Shown: piece by piece, positions 13,451 to 26,179 of the stretch
Layout of the letters: every line of letters begins with the position of its first letter
Position numbering within the stretch: the stretch's first letter is position 1
Assembly: GCA_965153455.1 (NCBI GenBank)
Contig: OZ234494.1
Coordinates: 8,990,001-9,054,000 of the forward strand
Source: Sphagnum compactum
Taxonomy: Eukaryota
Length of the DNA stretch: 64,000 bases
Direction of reading: 5' to 3'
Notes under the pieces: model-generated
Told to the model about the DNA's origin: nothing
Seen by the model: only the letters and a program-made list of their open reading frames with translations
Databases searched by the model: none
Position numbers and translations under genes: made by a program

Positions 13451-13859
13451 GAGTCTGTCTGTCTCCACGCATTTCGCACTCGGTTTTTGATTCCATGCTT
13501 TCTTCTTCTGCTGCTACTGCTGCTGCTCCAGTTGTTGCGTAAAATGGTGTTGGTGTTGCAACGAATGCTTTTGAGCTCCAGTTGCTGGCTTGCTGGCAGA
13601 ATTTTGTTTTTTTGAACTCCTGGAGTTATTTTTTTACAGAATTATTTTGTTTTGCAGCTCCAGACGCGGTTGTTGCAGCAAAATTTTATTTGAGTTTGAT
13701 TCAGTCCACTTTGCGCAATCTTTTGTTTTTCAGTGTAGCTCCACTTCTACTTGTTGCAACAAAATACTATGGTTTGAGCTCTGGACAGTAGCTGGCTGGG
13801 TGGCTGCAGGCAGAATTTTTCCTTGGAGCTCCAGTTGACGCAGTGTGCTCATTTTGCAA

Positions 13860-13892
13860 ATGATCGGTATCTGCTACTGCTGCTCACAATGA
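13860..13892 (+). promoter_or_regulatory. uORF MIGICYCCSQ* whose TGA overlaps the main ATG (ATGA)
   Basis: ATG at 13860; its TGA at 13890-13892 overlaps the main ATG at 13889-13891. Confidence 0.5.
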
Positions 13893-14744
13893 CTATCATC
13901 TCAATCTCCAAGTCTTCCACGCCTCATCGATATAACGAGTCTCCAGCAGCAGCTGTCGCAACAACGCGTCTTGTTGCCCAGCTCGAGAGTTCTGACAAGA
14001 AGCCGCAGCTGGAGACGCAGTGCCCTGCATCATCCTCTGACGCTAGCTGTAGTAATGCTGCACCACAAATTTCTTCCACCGCCAGTACTACTATCCTTGT
14101 CTGCCCACAACTGCAACAACGCCGCTCTGCTGCTGATCAGCAGCAGCAGCAGCCTGTTACCTCCTACTCCTCCTCCTCCTCCTCCTCTTCAACTGACAAA
14201 AGATTCACCAGGAGGAGGAGCCGGGTGATCTCGTCATTTGGTGCTGCTACAGAGAACGATGGTGCAATGTCCCAGAGTTTCTTGAAACTTGAGCGCTCCT
14301 TACCCGAACGAGGAGCTGCAGCATCCAAGTCTAGAAACAATATTGCAAGCGGAAACTTGTCTCAGTGCAATCTCTCAAACTACTGCAGGAATTCTATTGG
14401 CGAAGCTGCAACTCTTGGGCTTACAGTAGTAGCTGCTTATACTAAGCAGCACATGGTGGTGAGACGGGAAGATGATCAGGAGGAGGAGGAGGAGGCGCCT
14501 GATCAGGGCGGCGAGGAGGAGCCTCACCGCACAGTGGACCCACCACCTGCAACAAGTGAGACCTCGGTCTCGACTGCTGCTGCTATCCTGCTGCAGGATC
14601 AAAGATCATGTGCTCCTCCTCCTCCTCCTCCTCAGACTGTCATCATAGAGCCAATAATACTCTTGCACAGACATGGTGACTGCAGCGGCCACCTCCTCGT
14701 CAAGGAGCATGCTCAGGATGATAATGCCACAAGTGATACTTCAG
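13889..14744 (+). CDS. Gene 1 exon 1: large low-complexity protein of unknown function (~1185 aa total)
   Basis: First in-frame ATG of ORF 13823-14764. Donor CAG|GTAAAA at 14744/14745, phase 1. Poly-Q, S, E and P tracts. Confidence 0.8.
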
Positions 14745-15029
14745 GTAAAATCATTGAGCTCTGAGGAATCCATGGTATCTTAGAAAGAACCAGCAGCTGC
14801 TACATTGCTTGCTTCATGGTAGGATGCAGATGTTGGGTCATTGTCAGGGGCTTCTTGTATAGTTCCTTCAACTTGCTCTTGAAGCATGTTTCCAATGTAA
14901 TGTATCATGTGGGCATGATGATACTCATGGAGAGAGCCTGGTGATTCTTCTTCTTCTTCTTCTCCTGCCTTTTTTGATCATAGCAACAGTTTTCATAGTT
15001 TTTCAATGACCACCTTCATCATGCTGCAG

Positions 15030-16288
15030 ATCCTGCTGCTGCTGCTGCTGGGCAAAAACATCTGAAGCAAGAGGAAGGAACACAGCTACCAAAGTCCATT
15101 GGAGATCAACACGATGCAGACAAGGCCGAGCTTCAGATAGTTACAATGGAAAATCCTTTAAGTTTCCATAATTCTGAGGCAATGTCTGAGATCATGGCAA
15201 TGGAGAAAAGTCCAATGGGTGATGCATTTGATTCAGACCAGTCTAGTAAGCAGTTCTATTCGAATGCAAATGGAAATCATGCTAGCTCAACCAGCTTGAC
15301 TTTGGTAGATCATGAGCTGCAGCTGCCAGCAGATTGTGTCACGTCCTCTGAGCAGTCCAATAGTTCTGGTGCCTACCAAGCTAAGCCAACAACAACCAGA
15401 GACTTAGTGGACAAGATTGAAGATCGAATGATTGTAGCTTTCAAGGAAGGTGGATCTAATGTAAATCCAGATCTACAGAAATCAAATGAATTATTACAGC
15501 TTCGTGCAAATCAGCCAGTCATAAGTAGAGACTATCTGGAGCCATCTCTATCTTTTCCAACTCTATCACTTCTACTACAGCCAGAGGAAACACTGAACAT
15601 GATGAACAGGACTCTGCTTCTGGAAAAGAGTAAGAATTCAGAAGAAGCCAATGGAGGCCACAACAACATCTTTGACATGCTGATTACTACAGCTACATTA
15701 GAACAACAAGAGAGAGAGAGTTACCCAGAAGAAAACCAAGCAGGAACTGAGGAGCCTTCAGCTGCTCAAGAAGGTTTCTTGGACTTGTTGACTTCAGACT
15801 CCTCCAGAGCAGCAAAGGATGCCCATGAGAAGCTGAGCACAATTGCCAACAATCACAACTCTTCTTCTAGTCATCAATGGACTTCAGCTACTCATGTGGA
15901 ATCATTGAGTTTGCCAGATGCTGATGTTCAGGAGCTGCCAAGTGTGACTGGGCCTGCCAGGGCAAACAAGGATTTAACTTTGAGCACATGGACTACTACC
16001 CAATTCAATCCCTTCATTGCTGAGAAAGTCACCGAGGAACAATTGACTGAAGCTGCATTTCTATCAAGCCTTCAAGACTGCTACAGTAAAGGAAAAGCTG
16101 AGAGGTGCCCAGGGGATCTTCAGTATCTTTGTGCTGCTGCAAGTTCAACTAACAGGACGAATTATCATGCCTTCCGTTCCAAATCAACAGGAAGACACAG
16201 CACTACTGCTGTCAGTGCTGTGAAGGTTGCTGTTAGAGAACATGCAGCAGGGCTGACTGGTGGTGCTCATAGTGATTCAGAGAAAGAG
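15030..16288 (+). CDS. Gene 1 exon 2
   Basis: Acceptor TGCAG|AT at 15029/15030 (phase 1) joins in frame with ORF 15146-16510. Donor GAG|GTAAAA, phase 0. Confidence 0.85.
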
Positions 16289-16439
16289 GTAAAATACTTC
16301 AGAAATTGTACTTCATGTTTTGGAGTTTTAGCAACCACAAAGATGCAGCAGACCTGCACAGTTTGCCAATGGCTACAGTTTGGGTGTTCATCAATGTGTT
16401 CATTTGTCTTTGTGTTTTCTGCTTGCTTGTTATGTACAG

Positions 16440-17127
16440 GTAAAAGTATCAGCTACCAACACTCAGCTGAATCCTTTGCAGCTACAAGATTTTTGTTCAA
16501 AATTCAGTAAGGTTAAATTGGATGCCTACTGTCATGCCAGTGGTGATCTTGATATCATGGCTGTAACAACAAGTCTGAGACGCCATGGCCTTTCTGAGAA
16601 AAAATTGACAGATGACAACCCAGTTGTAACTGTGTCTTCTGAAGCCAGCAGCTTCAGGTCTCCAACAACTTTCAAAGCAAGGCAATCATGCCCTCATGAA
16701 GGAAACAAGTCTCCACATAGCAGGAAGAACAGTGAGACCAGCATGATAACTTCTGTGATTTGTATGCCAGCAGAAGCACCAGTGATGACAACATTGGTTA
16801 AGCAAGAAGATGTACCTGCTGCTGCTGCTGTAGTAGCTCTGAAATCCAAAAAGATCCAGACAAGCCAAGTTACCCCAACTTTACTGGACAGCAGCTCTGC
16901 TTTTCCAACAGGTGTTGTTATGACACAATCAGGCTTGCAAAATGAGAGAATCAGAGATACCAGGGGAGCAGCCCAAGTAAAGAAGGCAAATGTAGATCAT
17001 GTGAAGGGTTCTTTTGGTCAGGAACATGTTGATTTGGGAGTCACTCCAGTGATTACCACAGGCAGGACCAGGGTACAACTGAAAACTGGAATCGAGTCTA
17101 GAGCCACACTGATGGATGCTTTAGCAG
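16440..17127 (+). CDS. Gene 1 exon 3
   Basis: T-rich tract then TACAG|GTA at 16439/16440, in frame with ORF 16380-17198. Donor CAG|GTAAAT, phase 1. Confidence 0.85.
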
Positions 17128-17313
17128 GTAAATCTTTGGAGTTGTGCCTGGTAGAGAATCAAGATCAGTGCTTGCAGATCATAGCTGCTCTAACATAGAA
17201 GAGCTAAACAATACTTGACATTCTTTATGGTAGAGGGAAAATCATGTTATTACAACCAGAAATTTGTTACAAATGATGCTGAACTTATGAAGCTTGTTTC
17301 CATATGTGTGCAG

Positions 17314-18068
17314 ATCAGTGCCAACAAAAGAGACCTGACTTCATGAAGATTCCAAGGTTTGGAGTGCAAACAATGGGGTGTTGTAATCATGTCAGTAAAA
17401 TAGCTCCATCACTGACCACATTTGATGGGATGGTGACACTCACCCATGAGAAGTCTGAAAGTATCAGAGACATGCTGCAGCTAGTGTCTCTTCCTCAACA
17501 GAATCTTGAGGAGTTTCATCCAGTTCTGGCTCCTTCAATCTCCATCCTGGGCAACCGCTCATTCTCAAGCTCCCAGCAGGACAGATTGTGGGAGGAGCAA
17601 GCAGAAGCATATTCCAGTGGAGGGAGAGGAACTCCTGGTCGGGAAGATAAATCAACAGCAGCTGCCAGCTTCCTTGCACCCCAGTCTGCTTCTGCTGCTG
17701 CAGTCTCAGGTGAGGTTCTGCTTCGATCAGCCTCTGGGTCACTGAGGAAAGGAGCATCATCAGAAGCAACAGTTGTAGTCCTGGCTACCTCGGATACAAG
17801 TAGTGAGAAGAGTGGCAAGAGGAGGGGGAAAAAGAAAGGCAATCCTAGAACCCCATTGCGGAGTCTACTTGCTGAAGAAACAGAAGAGGATTGTGAGGCC
17901 GACTCCATCACTCGATCAACACCAGGTGCTAATCCTTGTGTAAAGCATCTGGTGTTGAGAATAAGGGGAATGGCATCCAAATCTTCTATCCCAAAGAGCC
18001 AGCACAGCAGACCACAACAGAAATCTACCTTCTGGAGTAGCTGCATCTGCATCTCTCCTGTCAAGTAG
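17314..18068 (+). CDS. Gene 1 exon 4 (terminal): RTPLRSLL motif and C-terminal STFWSSCICISPVK*
   Basis: Acceptor TGCAG|AT in phase 1 fits ORF 17304-18068. The joined CDS is 3558 nt, or 1186 codons including the stop. Confidence 0.85.
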
Positions 18069-18573
18069 GTGAGCAGGAAGAACAAGAAATTTTAAAACTT
18101 TTGTTCTGATGATCGGATTTGCTAAGGTACACTCTTGAATTCTTAACTTTCAGCAATATGTCAATAGTATATGTATCAAGCAAGCATATCCCTGAGGTTG
18201 AAGACCAAGTTCCTGCCTTTACAACCTCAACTGTTGACTCTGTGGGTTATCATTCCGTCCCAATTTGCTTCAATTGTTTTTGGTCCTGAATTGCACCCAC
18301 AGTCAGCTTTGAAAGGAACATGTTTTTTACCAGAAAAAGTTTCCATAGTGATCAGCTTGGAGCCTGCAGTTGATTGGTGTTGTTGGTTTTGAACTGGCTT
18401 CTGTGCCTACCCACCAGCTGCTTTGCTACTTACACCAAGTCTTCATATAAGAGCTGGAAACTCAACATGAAAACACAACCCTGAAATTTTCCTAGGAGCA
18501 TCATCAACACTACCTACCATCAGGGTTCCAAAAAGGTGTCAAAACACCAAATGTTCCAATTTTGAGAGTGATT

Positions 18574-18765
18574 GAGAATTTTGAAACTTTGGCATTTCAA
18601 TGAGGGCCTAAGGGAGGGACCTTCCAGAACACTATGTTTGGAATTGGTTGGTTCATCCTACAAAAGTCCGAGAATTTTGAAACTTTGGCATTTCAATGAG
18701 GGCCTAAGGGAGGGACCTTCCAGAATACGATGTTTGGAAATGGTTGGTTCATCCTACAAAAGTCC
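18574..18765. repeat. Tandem duplication, 2 x 96 bp, near identical
   Basis: GAGAATTTTGAAACTTTGGCATTTC...CCTACAAAAGTCC at 18574 and 18670. Confidence 0.95.
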
Positions 18766-19399
18766 AGGTTATGATGAATCCATTCAAGTATGTGGTGAGT
18801 TATAATGAAATCCAATTTTGGCTCAAATTGCACAAAATCCCTTCTGACCAGGTTGTCATTTAGTGGAATCTGGTGATAATCTAACACAATGAAAAGCCCC
18901 TAGTGCACTCTTTTGCAAAGGTTCTTGGAAAGCAAGCAACTCTTTGCCTAATGGCTTTGTCTTTTGTTTTAGGGTTTTATCACAATGAAATCATGTGACA
19001 TGCACAATTAATTTGTATATCATTTGTCCAAAAAACCTCAGTTGTTCTTGGTGTTCAATATGTGCATTATTCAAATTGATTCAATCATTCTTCATGTCAA
19101 GCTTCACCAAACATTGCCAACTAATTGTGAGTCTATATGTACCATTGCGTTTGAAAAGCAAGCATTGATAGAGAGAAATGCAATGCTAAACAAATGAGTT
19201 GAGATAGTTATAACTTGTATACTACAAACCGTCAAGTTCTAGAGGAAAAAATGTATAGATTCAACTCTAGGTTGCAAGAAATATTTCTAGCAATGGCTTT
19301 AGAAAAACATTGTTTAAAGTAGTGCAAAATCTCAATAATGACTTCGAACGGTTATTTGCAATTGTAGTTAAACTAATAAGCAAGAGAAGGACAAAGAAA

Positions 19400-22300
19400 T
19401 CCAAAGGCTCACCTATGAGTTGTAGTAGTTGACCAAATCAATAGTGCATGAGAAACAAGAGAATTGTGGCAATTGCCAAAGGAAATATGATGAAACAATG
19501 TAAGAGTAACTAGAAATACCAATCCACTTAAAACCAAATTGAATGAACTAAACTTAAATATATTGATTAGTTTGCAAACTCAATGTTTAAGATTGTTTGT
19601 TAATGAAGCATTCATTGTAATTGACTATCGCCTACACAACATTGTTGCCTTGTTTTGTCATAGGTCCTCCAATGTCCAATGCTTTGGATGACTTGGTTGA
19701 TGCAACAACGCCCATTGCCATAGTTGGGTTCAAAATGGTGGTTCAACAAAGTATCATACCACCACTGTCATCATGGATGGTAGTGACTAGTTGCCATTAC
19801 TCCTAATCGATTTCCTCAAGTCCTAGTAGTGAGTGTAAGATAAATCCTTTGAAAAGAGACCCAAAACAATCACACCAAGTTTCTATCATTTGGCATGAAA
19901 ATCCATACCATGTGGGAAGAATTCATGCCATGAATATGTGACTAATGTCTGTTGCATAATTTTCCTTGTTGATCCCACTAAGGGTTCAATCTCTATGGAC
20001 ATTAGTTCTGCATAATTTTCCTTGTTGGTCCCACTAAGGGTTCAATCTCTATGGACATTAGTTCAACAATTGAATAAACTTGAACTTCCCATAAATACTC
20101 CAAGTCAAAATGGACAATCACAAGAAATCCTGCTTGGTGAACAAAATCAAAAGGATATGAAAATAGGGGACCATGTTCCAAGGTTTGCTTAAAAATGAAT
20201 CCATGTGTTTGAAAATTATTGCATCATGCCTGGAACAAGTTATATGTTTCCACTTGATTCCACTCAATATGAAACCACAAAGTATGTTCCACATGGTTTT
20301 AAATATAGAAAACATAACAAAAATATATTAAAAAGCACTAGACAACAACAAGATCTTTGAATAGCAAGGCTTGAGCATATGATGCTATTCAAATAAACAC
20401 ATTTTCTATGTTTCTATTTTAAAAGGTGACAAAATTATCAATTGTGTAACAAAGAAAATGAATACTTGAGTATAGTAATTGAATGCAAATTATTTGCAAG
20501 CAATGATTCCTAGAAAATGTGTGCATGTAGGTGTGCAAATTACATTAGCTTATTATGGAATGACAATCACCAAAGCAAAACACAATAATCTTGGAACATG
20601 TATTTGGATGTTGGAAGTCATAGAGCTAATGTCACAAGTTGTTCATCCAAAAAATGCAAACTAACTTTCATGCACATTCCTCAACCAATGTAAATATGGG
20701 GTTGTGAATTGGACATATTGATAGCCAACAATCATTATGGGCATAAGGAGTTGGAATTACAAACTTTATAAAACGTGTTAAATCATAGTTGGGTATTCCT
20801 CATATAGTTCAAAATAGGAGGTGGGTAAGACCATTTGCAATATCATAAATGCATGTCCTACAAAGGCCAAAGAAATGTGCATGAATAAAAGATCAAAAGA
20901 ACATACATGTGACCACCAAAGTAAGAACTGCATAACTCTTTAGTTTGAATTTTCCATCCAACATGTTAATATGGTGAATATGAAGAGGAAACCACCAATC
21001 ACATTGGGCACTAAATGCATAACCACTACCACAACATACAAGTATGAATTCTCCCACCATTTTTTTAGCCAATTCAAGATGTCATTGATTAAATCTTGAG
21101 GATGGTTTTAGGTGTGAACATAACACATGGTTAGGAAAATGAAAAATTCAAACCACTTTTTTTTATATAAATCTTATATGGCGAACAATTCCAAATGCAA
21201 GAGTTTTCCAAAACTAGCTCCCAACTTTGATGGCATGAAATAACAAAAAAAAAAACACATATTTATTTAATTTAGGACTTTAGGGTGGTTGCACACTAAG
21301 GTGCTCCTTTTTGGACGTCATGGGGTAATTTTTTGCATAGTGTTCGATAAACTTTGAATTATAGGTGTTTATGAATGGATTAGATGTTTTAATGGGACTC
21401 ACCTACCTATTATATACTCTTTGTAGAAATAATATAAATTTTTTAAGAGAAGATGTTATTATCTTAGTAAGTAATGGACTTTTGAAATTAGGCAACACAC
21501 CCAGTCACAATCCATAAAAATTAATATGGACTCATATTGAATAACCTATTTGGAGGAATTGTGAATTTTTTTTTCTAACATGATATATGGGTTAAAACAA
21601 TTCTAAAATGAAAAATTTCCCAAAAATAAAATAAAATCATATTGTGGTTCCAGTTATGGAAAAGTTTAGAAACTTACAAAGTCCTTGATTAATGGAAGAC
21701 AATGATTTGGGACATGTTGTTTCACAAAAAGTTGTCCACAAGCAATACACAGGAACTTCTAATCATCAAATGGACAAAAAAATAGTTTTCACTCAAAACT
21801 GCTACTACAAGGTGATGTCATGTAAACATGTGTCACAATCTAGCTTTAAGATGTACCTTAAGGTTTTTTGTTCGAATCACCAAATTTCAAATGCAATTTT
21901 ATGTTTCCTTTTTGCATTGTGTGCGTGACTAGGGTTTAACATTTGTGTGCAAACATTTTGCAAAAGAGGTTGTGTGTTGTATTTTGTGGAGCTTTGTCCA
22001 ACCATATTTTTAAGCTTTTGCATTATTGTGAAGATTTGCTAAATGTGGTTGTGGTTTGTAAGGCAAGAATCACACAATTTATTGAGTTTGTGCATTGAAC
22101 CAAGTTGTGTGAACATGTTGGTCAAAACTATTGAATATTTGTTTGAAGAAGATTGTGAGGGTCAATATCACCTACCTCTACCATTTACATTTATCGGATT
22201 GAAGATCACGAATAGGGCATCAAATTCTTATCTCCAAAACCAAAGTTTTAATTTTCAAATCAAACCTCTGCCATGGTATTGTATCAATTGTCCAGAGGAG

Positions 22301-23543
22301 GGTGATGTCCTATTGATTGAAGTTCCTATTGAGGAATATCCATGGGGAGTGAAGATGGTGTTCTTTTCACCTCAGCTTAGATCACATCTTTTCCCGAATC
22401 AGACTATTTGTGTGAGATTTTTAGGGTAGTTTGGAAAATGAACACATATATTTTGATAGGTGGTTGATGGATATATTCTAATGTTCATCCTATAAAAATG
22501 GAACATGCATTGGCGAGTCTATAGCCAACTTACTGGTATGAGCAAACAAGAAATCATAATGTTCCTTTGATCTTTAAGCATTGTGGATGTCTTTGTTTTT
22601 TGTAACTTTACACATTTGTTTCATATTCCTTGATGTTGTTTTTTTTTCCATGAATTTCTTCTTGGACAACTTTGTTCTTGTGGCTAGGTTGACAAACATT
22701 TGGTGCGTGCAGGTCTGATGGATGGGTTTTCAAAGGAATGTTGAGAAGGGGGCACAAGGTTGCATATAAGCTGAAGAGGTTGATCGTTTCCAGGCCCTTG
22801 TTGCTAAATGTACAGTTAGAATGAATGACAACGTTGATCGAAGGTTTTACGCAAAGTTATTGAACAAGAATGACAAGTTGTTGAGCAAATGTTTGCAACA
22901 ATTGAACATGTGATGGAAGAACAAGAGCAATGAAGAATAGCAAAAAACATTGTTGATTACATCATAACAAGGTTGAGGATTTGCCCAGGTCCTGAAAGCC
23001 AAAAACTTGTTATGGAAAAAACATTGTCTTATGTTGGTGTTTTTGAAAACTTGCATGTTCACACGACCAACATATAAAACATTGGGTTAGTTTTCATGAT
23101 TTCATCAAGTTTTACTTTGATATAGATTTATAATAACAACAATCAACTAGCTAAGTTTGGTGGACTTTGGGCATTACACAATGATAAGAAATTGTTCTAG
23201 GGAAATAAACATGTTCAATTAAAATCACTTGTGTTGAGCAATTTTGCAATGTTACTTATCATTCCTAGATTCATTCTAAAAAAATTGGTTAAAATTACAC
23301 ACATGACAATTCAAACATTTGTATGTAAACAAATGACCAAAATATTCCATGATAATTCATATGCCAAATGAAGAAATATTTAATGGTGTGTGTATGGTAG
23401 AACAAAAGGGAGGGGATGTCCCTACATGATGTTGCATACACATTAGAACAATTTATCCCTAAACTCAACTTGGCAAGGGGGCTAATGCAGGTCACTTGCT
23501 TGCTTCATTGTCTCTTAGCCGACCTACACAACAATTATTCAAC
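19400..23543 (-). mobile_element. Heavily degraded Ty3/gypsy-like gag-pol remnant
   Basis: Minus-strand fragments resemble RT (PQDLINDIL..., then a SGY-like segment, ~20960-21120) and protease/gag regions (~22150-22800). No long ORF; boundaries are approximate. Confidence 0.4.
19953..20064. repeat. Tandem duplication, 2 x 56 bp
   Basis: TGCATAATTTTCCTTGTTGnTCCCACTAAGGGTTCAATCTCTATGGACATTAGTTC occurs twice. Confidence 0.95.
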
Positions 23544-23547
23544 ATAA

Positions 23548-24351
23548 GGGGAAAGCACACTATGGGTGAGCCAATTTTCACCAAAAAAAGGTGATGTATA
23601 ACTAGTATCATAATACATCGTAAGTTAAAATTTTGATGACATCATTTGATAATCCTACACATAAGCAAAAAGCCCTAGAATGTGTAGAACAACATTTTGG
23701 AACTCAAATTTCACTTTAAATCAAGATTAATTTTGATCCAATGGTTAGATGAAAAGGATTGAATAAAATTAGTGTACACAACATATATAATGTGCAGTTT
23801 TTTGTTGGCCATAGGGCCTCATGTTTGTGGTTCATAAGACATTACTAAACAAAAGAAATTTGAAAAAATAATGCAATGCCCAACTATAAAATCTCTTTCT
23901 CTTTCATTTGGTATTGGTTTTTTCTTCAAATACATAAACTATTAATTTTATTGCTAAAAAAAATGAATAAAACACATATTTTTAATGAATTTTCAATCAA
24001 AATTTTGAAACTTCCAAATGACCCTAGATTCAATTGATGTATATCAATAATAGCGACCACAAAAAATTTCACCAAAAAATTCCACCTACAACCCTAGTTT
24101 TCAAGTATGTATGCAATTTTTTATACTCCGTGATGAGTATATTTCATCACAAATATATTTCATATGTTAAAGTTCACCAATGTTTGTTGAAGTTTTCTTT
24201 TTAAATGATTGTTTTAAGTCTAAATCTAATCCAATATACTTCAAACAAACAAAAAAATCCAAAATGATGTTTATACTTACATTTAAAAACCAAATGCAAA
24301 AATGCAATATTTGTGACTATAATTTTTGGGGGGCATAGTGTGCTTTTACCC
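23548..24351. mobile_element. Non-autonomous TIR DNA transposon (~800 bp) with apparent 4-bp TSD ATAA
   Basis: Left end GGGGAAAGCACACTATG, right end CATAGTGTGCTTTTACCC. ATAA at 23544-23547 and 24352-24355. Confidence 0.75.
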
Positions 24352-25284
24352 ATAATTCAATGACGATGATCATGTTACTCAATTGTTCAAGATGTTTTAA
24401 TTTGCATTTTGGATGGCAATAAAAACATTGGAAATGGGCATAATGAATATTTACCTTTGGCTATCAATGAAGACGACAAGTGTTTATCTCCACAAGAATG
24501 GTGGACCAAGTCTGAATGTTTCTCTTTTCATTTAGCTCAATGGGCCTTTGATGTTTTTTCCCCCAACCTTTGTTGTCTCTGTAATCCCATATTCATTTGC
24601 AATAACATTATCATCACCACCACATAATTCCACCATGTTCCTAACCTTTGAACCAAGCTTGTTTGGTTTTCCAAGAACCAAACTTGTATGTTTTCATTTG
24701 ATTAATTTCTTGGTGCTTTGGGGTTCTGAACTTGGAATTTCAGAGTTGCAAACACTAAAAGTATGTTACATAACATGAGTAGAACTCACTGTGGCTAATG
24801 TAGCACTAGCCAAAGCAAGAGCATCAAGTTCGTTCAATGGTGCCACAATGAGGGATGTTGCATTGCCTTCATTTGTTGCTACAACCATAGGAGTCTCAAG
24901 TGCAAGAGTAGGGAGGGGATTTCTGGCATCATCAAGTAGATAATCTACCACATTGAAATCCAGAAGGTTTAAATCCTTAAATACAACATTGACATCTTTG
25001 TCACCATTTGATGCCATGGAGATTCCATGGGCCAGTGATTGGGAATCAATTGGTTGTTCATTGATAATTTGCTAACCCAAATTTGCCACACCTGATAGCT
25101 AGGCAACAATTTCGAATTATTTTCTCCAGCATTAAAATCTTGCACTACACACAAAAAAAAGTTCAAATATTGAAGTGTTCAAAATTCAATTTCCAACACC
25201 CTATACATAGAGTTCACACCAATAGGATTACTACATAAACACAAGCAATACTTGAAAAACCTTACAATTATTGGGCAAGTTGTT

Positions 25285-25830
25285 TGTCCTACTTATAGAC
25301 CTATATTGTCCAACTTGGAAGGCAGTAGAGTTACTTTCTAGGGTACTTATCCTACATACAAACTTGAACTAAACCACTTGGAAGACATTGGAAGTACTAT
25401 GCATGATGTTAATCCTACTTACAAACCTATTGTCCAACTTGGATGGTAGTAGAATTACTTGTTAAGGTACTTGTCCTACTTACAACCTGGAATTAACCCA
25501 CTTGGAAGACACTGGAATTACTATGCATGATACTTGTTTTACTTATAAACTTATTGCACCATTTGAAAGACCCCATATTACTGGGCAATGTTACTTGTCT
25601 TGCTTGTAGACCTATTGTTTCACAACTTCAAAGGCATTAGGACTACCAAAGTGATTACATGGCATACTTACAAGTCTACCTTCCCACTTGGAAGGCATTA
25701 GAGATATTAGGCAAGGTATGCATCTTACTTGGAGACCATTTGTCCCAGTTGAAAGACACCAAAAGTATATTGGGTAGGGTATTTGTTATACTTATAGACT
25801 TGTTGTCCCGCTTGGTGGACACTTGTCCTT
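25285..25830. repeat. Degenerate ~62-bp minisatellite, ~9 units
   Basis: CCTACTTA...CACTTGGAAG-like units begin near 25288, 25351, 25414, 25475, 25538, 25599, 25663, 25724 and 25786. Confidence 0.85.
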
Positions 25831-26179
25831 GTTTAAATGCTGGTTCCTATACTTGAAAATCACATAAACGACTTCTACAACAATTCTATTGATAGTCCAT
25901 TAAAACCAAAGGGAAGTTGTGTTGTTTTATCTCCATATGTTATTTTCAAAAGGCAAAATGCCACTTGAGACATCATGGAGACTTTCAATCATATTTGCAA
26001 GATCTACTAGACACCTTTAATTTCTTGTTAAGTCAAAGTACAAAGTCAAAGTGCACCTTAAATTTTACTTCTACTTGTACAATTAAATTTATGGAATGAT
26101 AGATCTTTGTTGAACTCTAACAAGTATTTACAATTTATGCATGTATGTTGTAGACTTGAAAATGAAAAGGAAATGAGAT

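Noticed and set aside
17516..18085. 189-aa antisense ORF over gene 1, plus antisense ORFs over the ARM gene and copia pol
   Set aside because: These are shadow ORFs of real coding sequence on the opposite strand.
25285..25830. Regularly spaced motif resembling a CRISPR array
   Set aside because: Whole units are mutually similar with no unique spacers, there are no cas genes, and the context is eukaryotic. It is a minisatellite.
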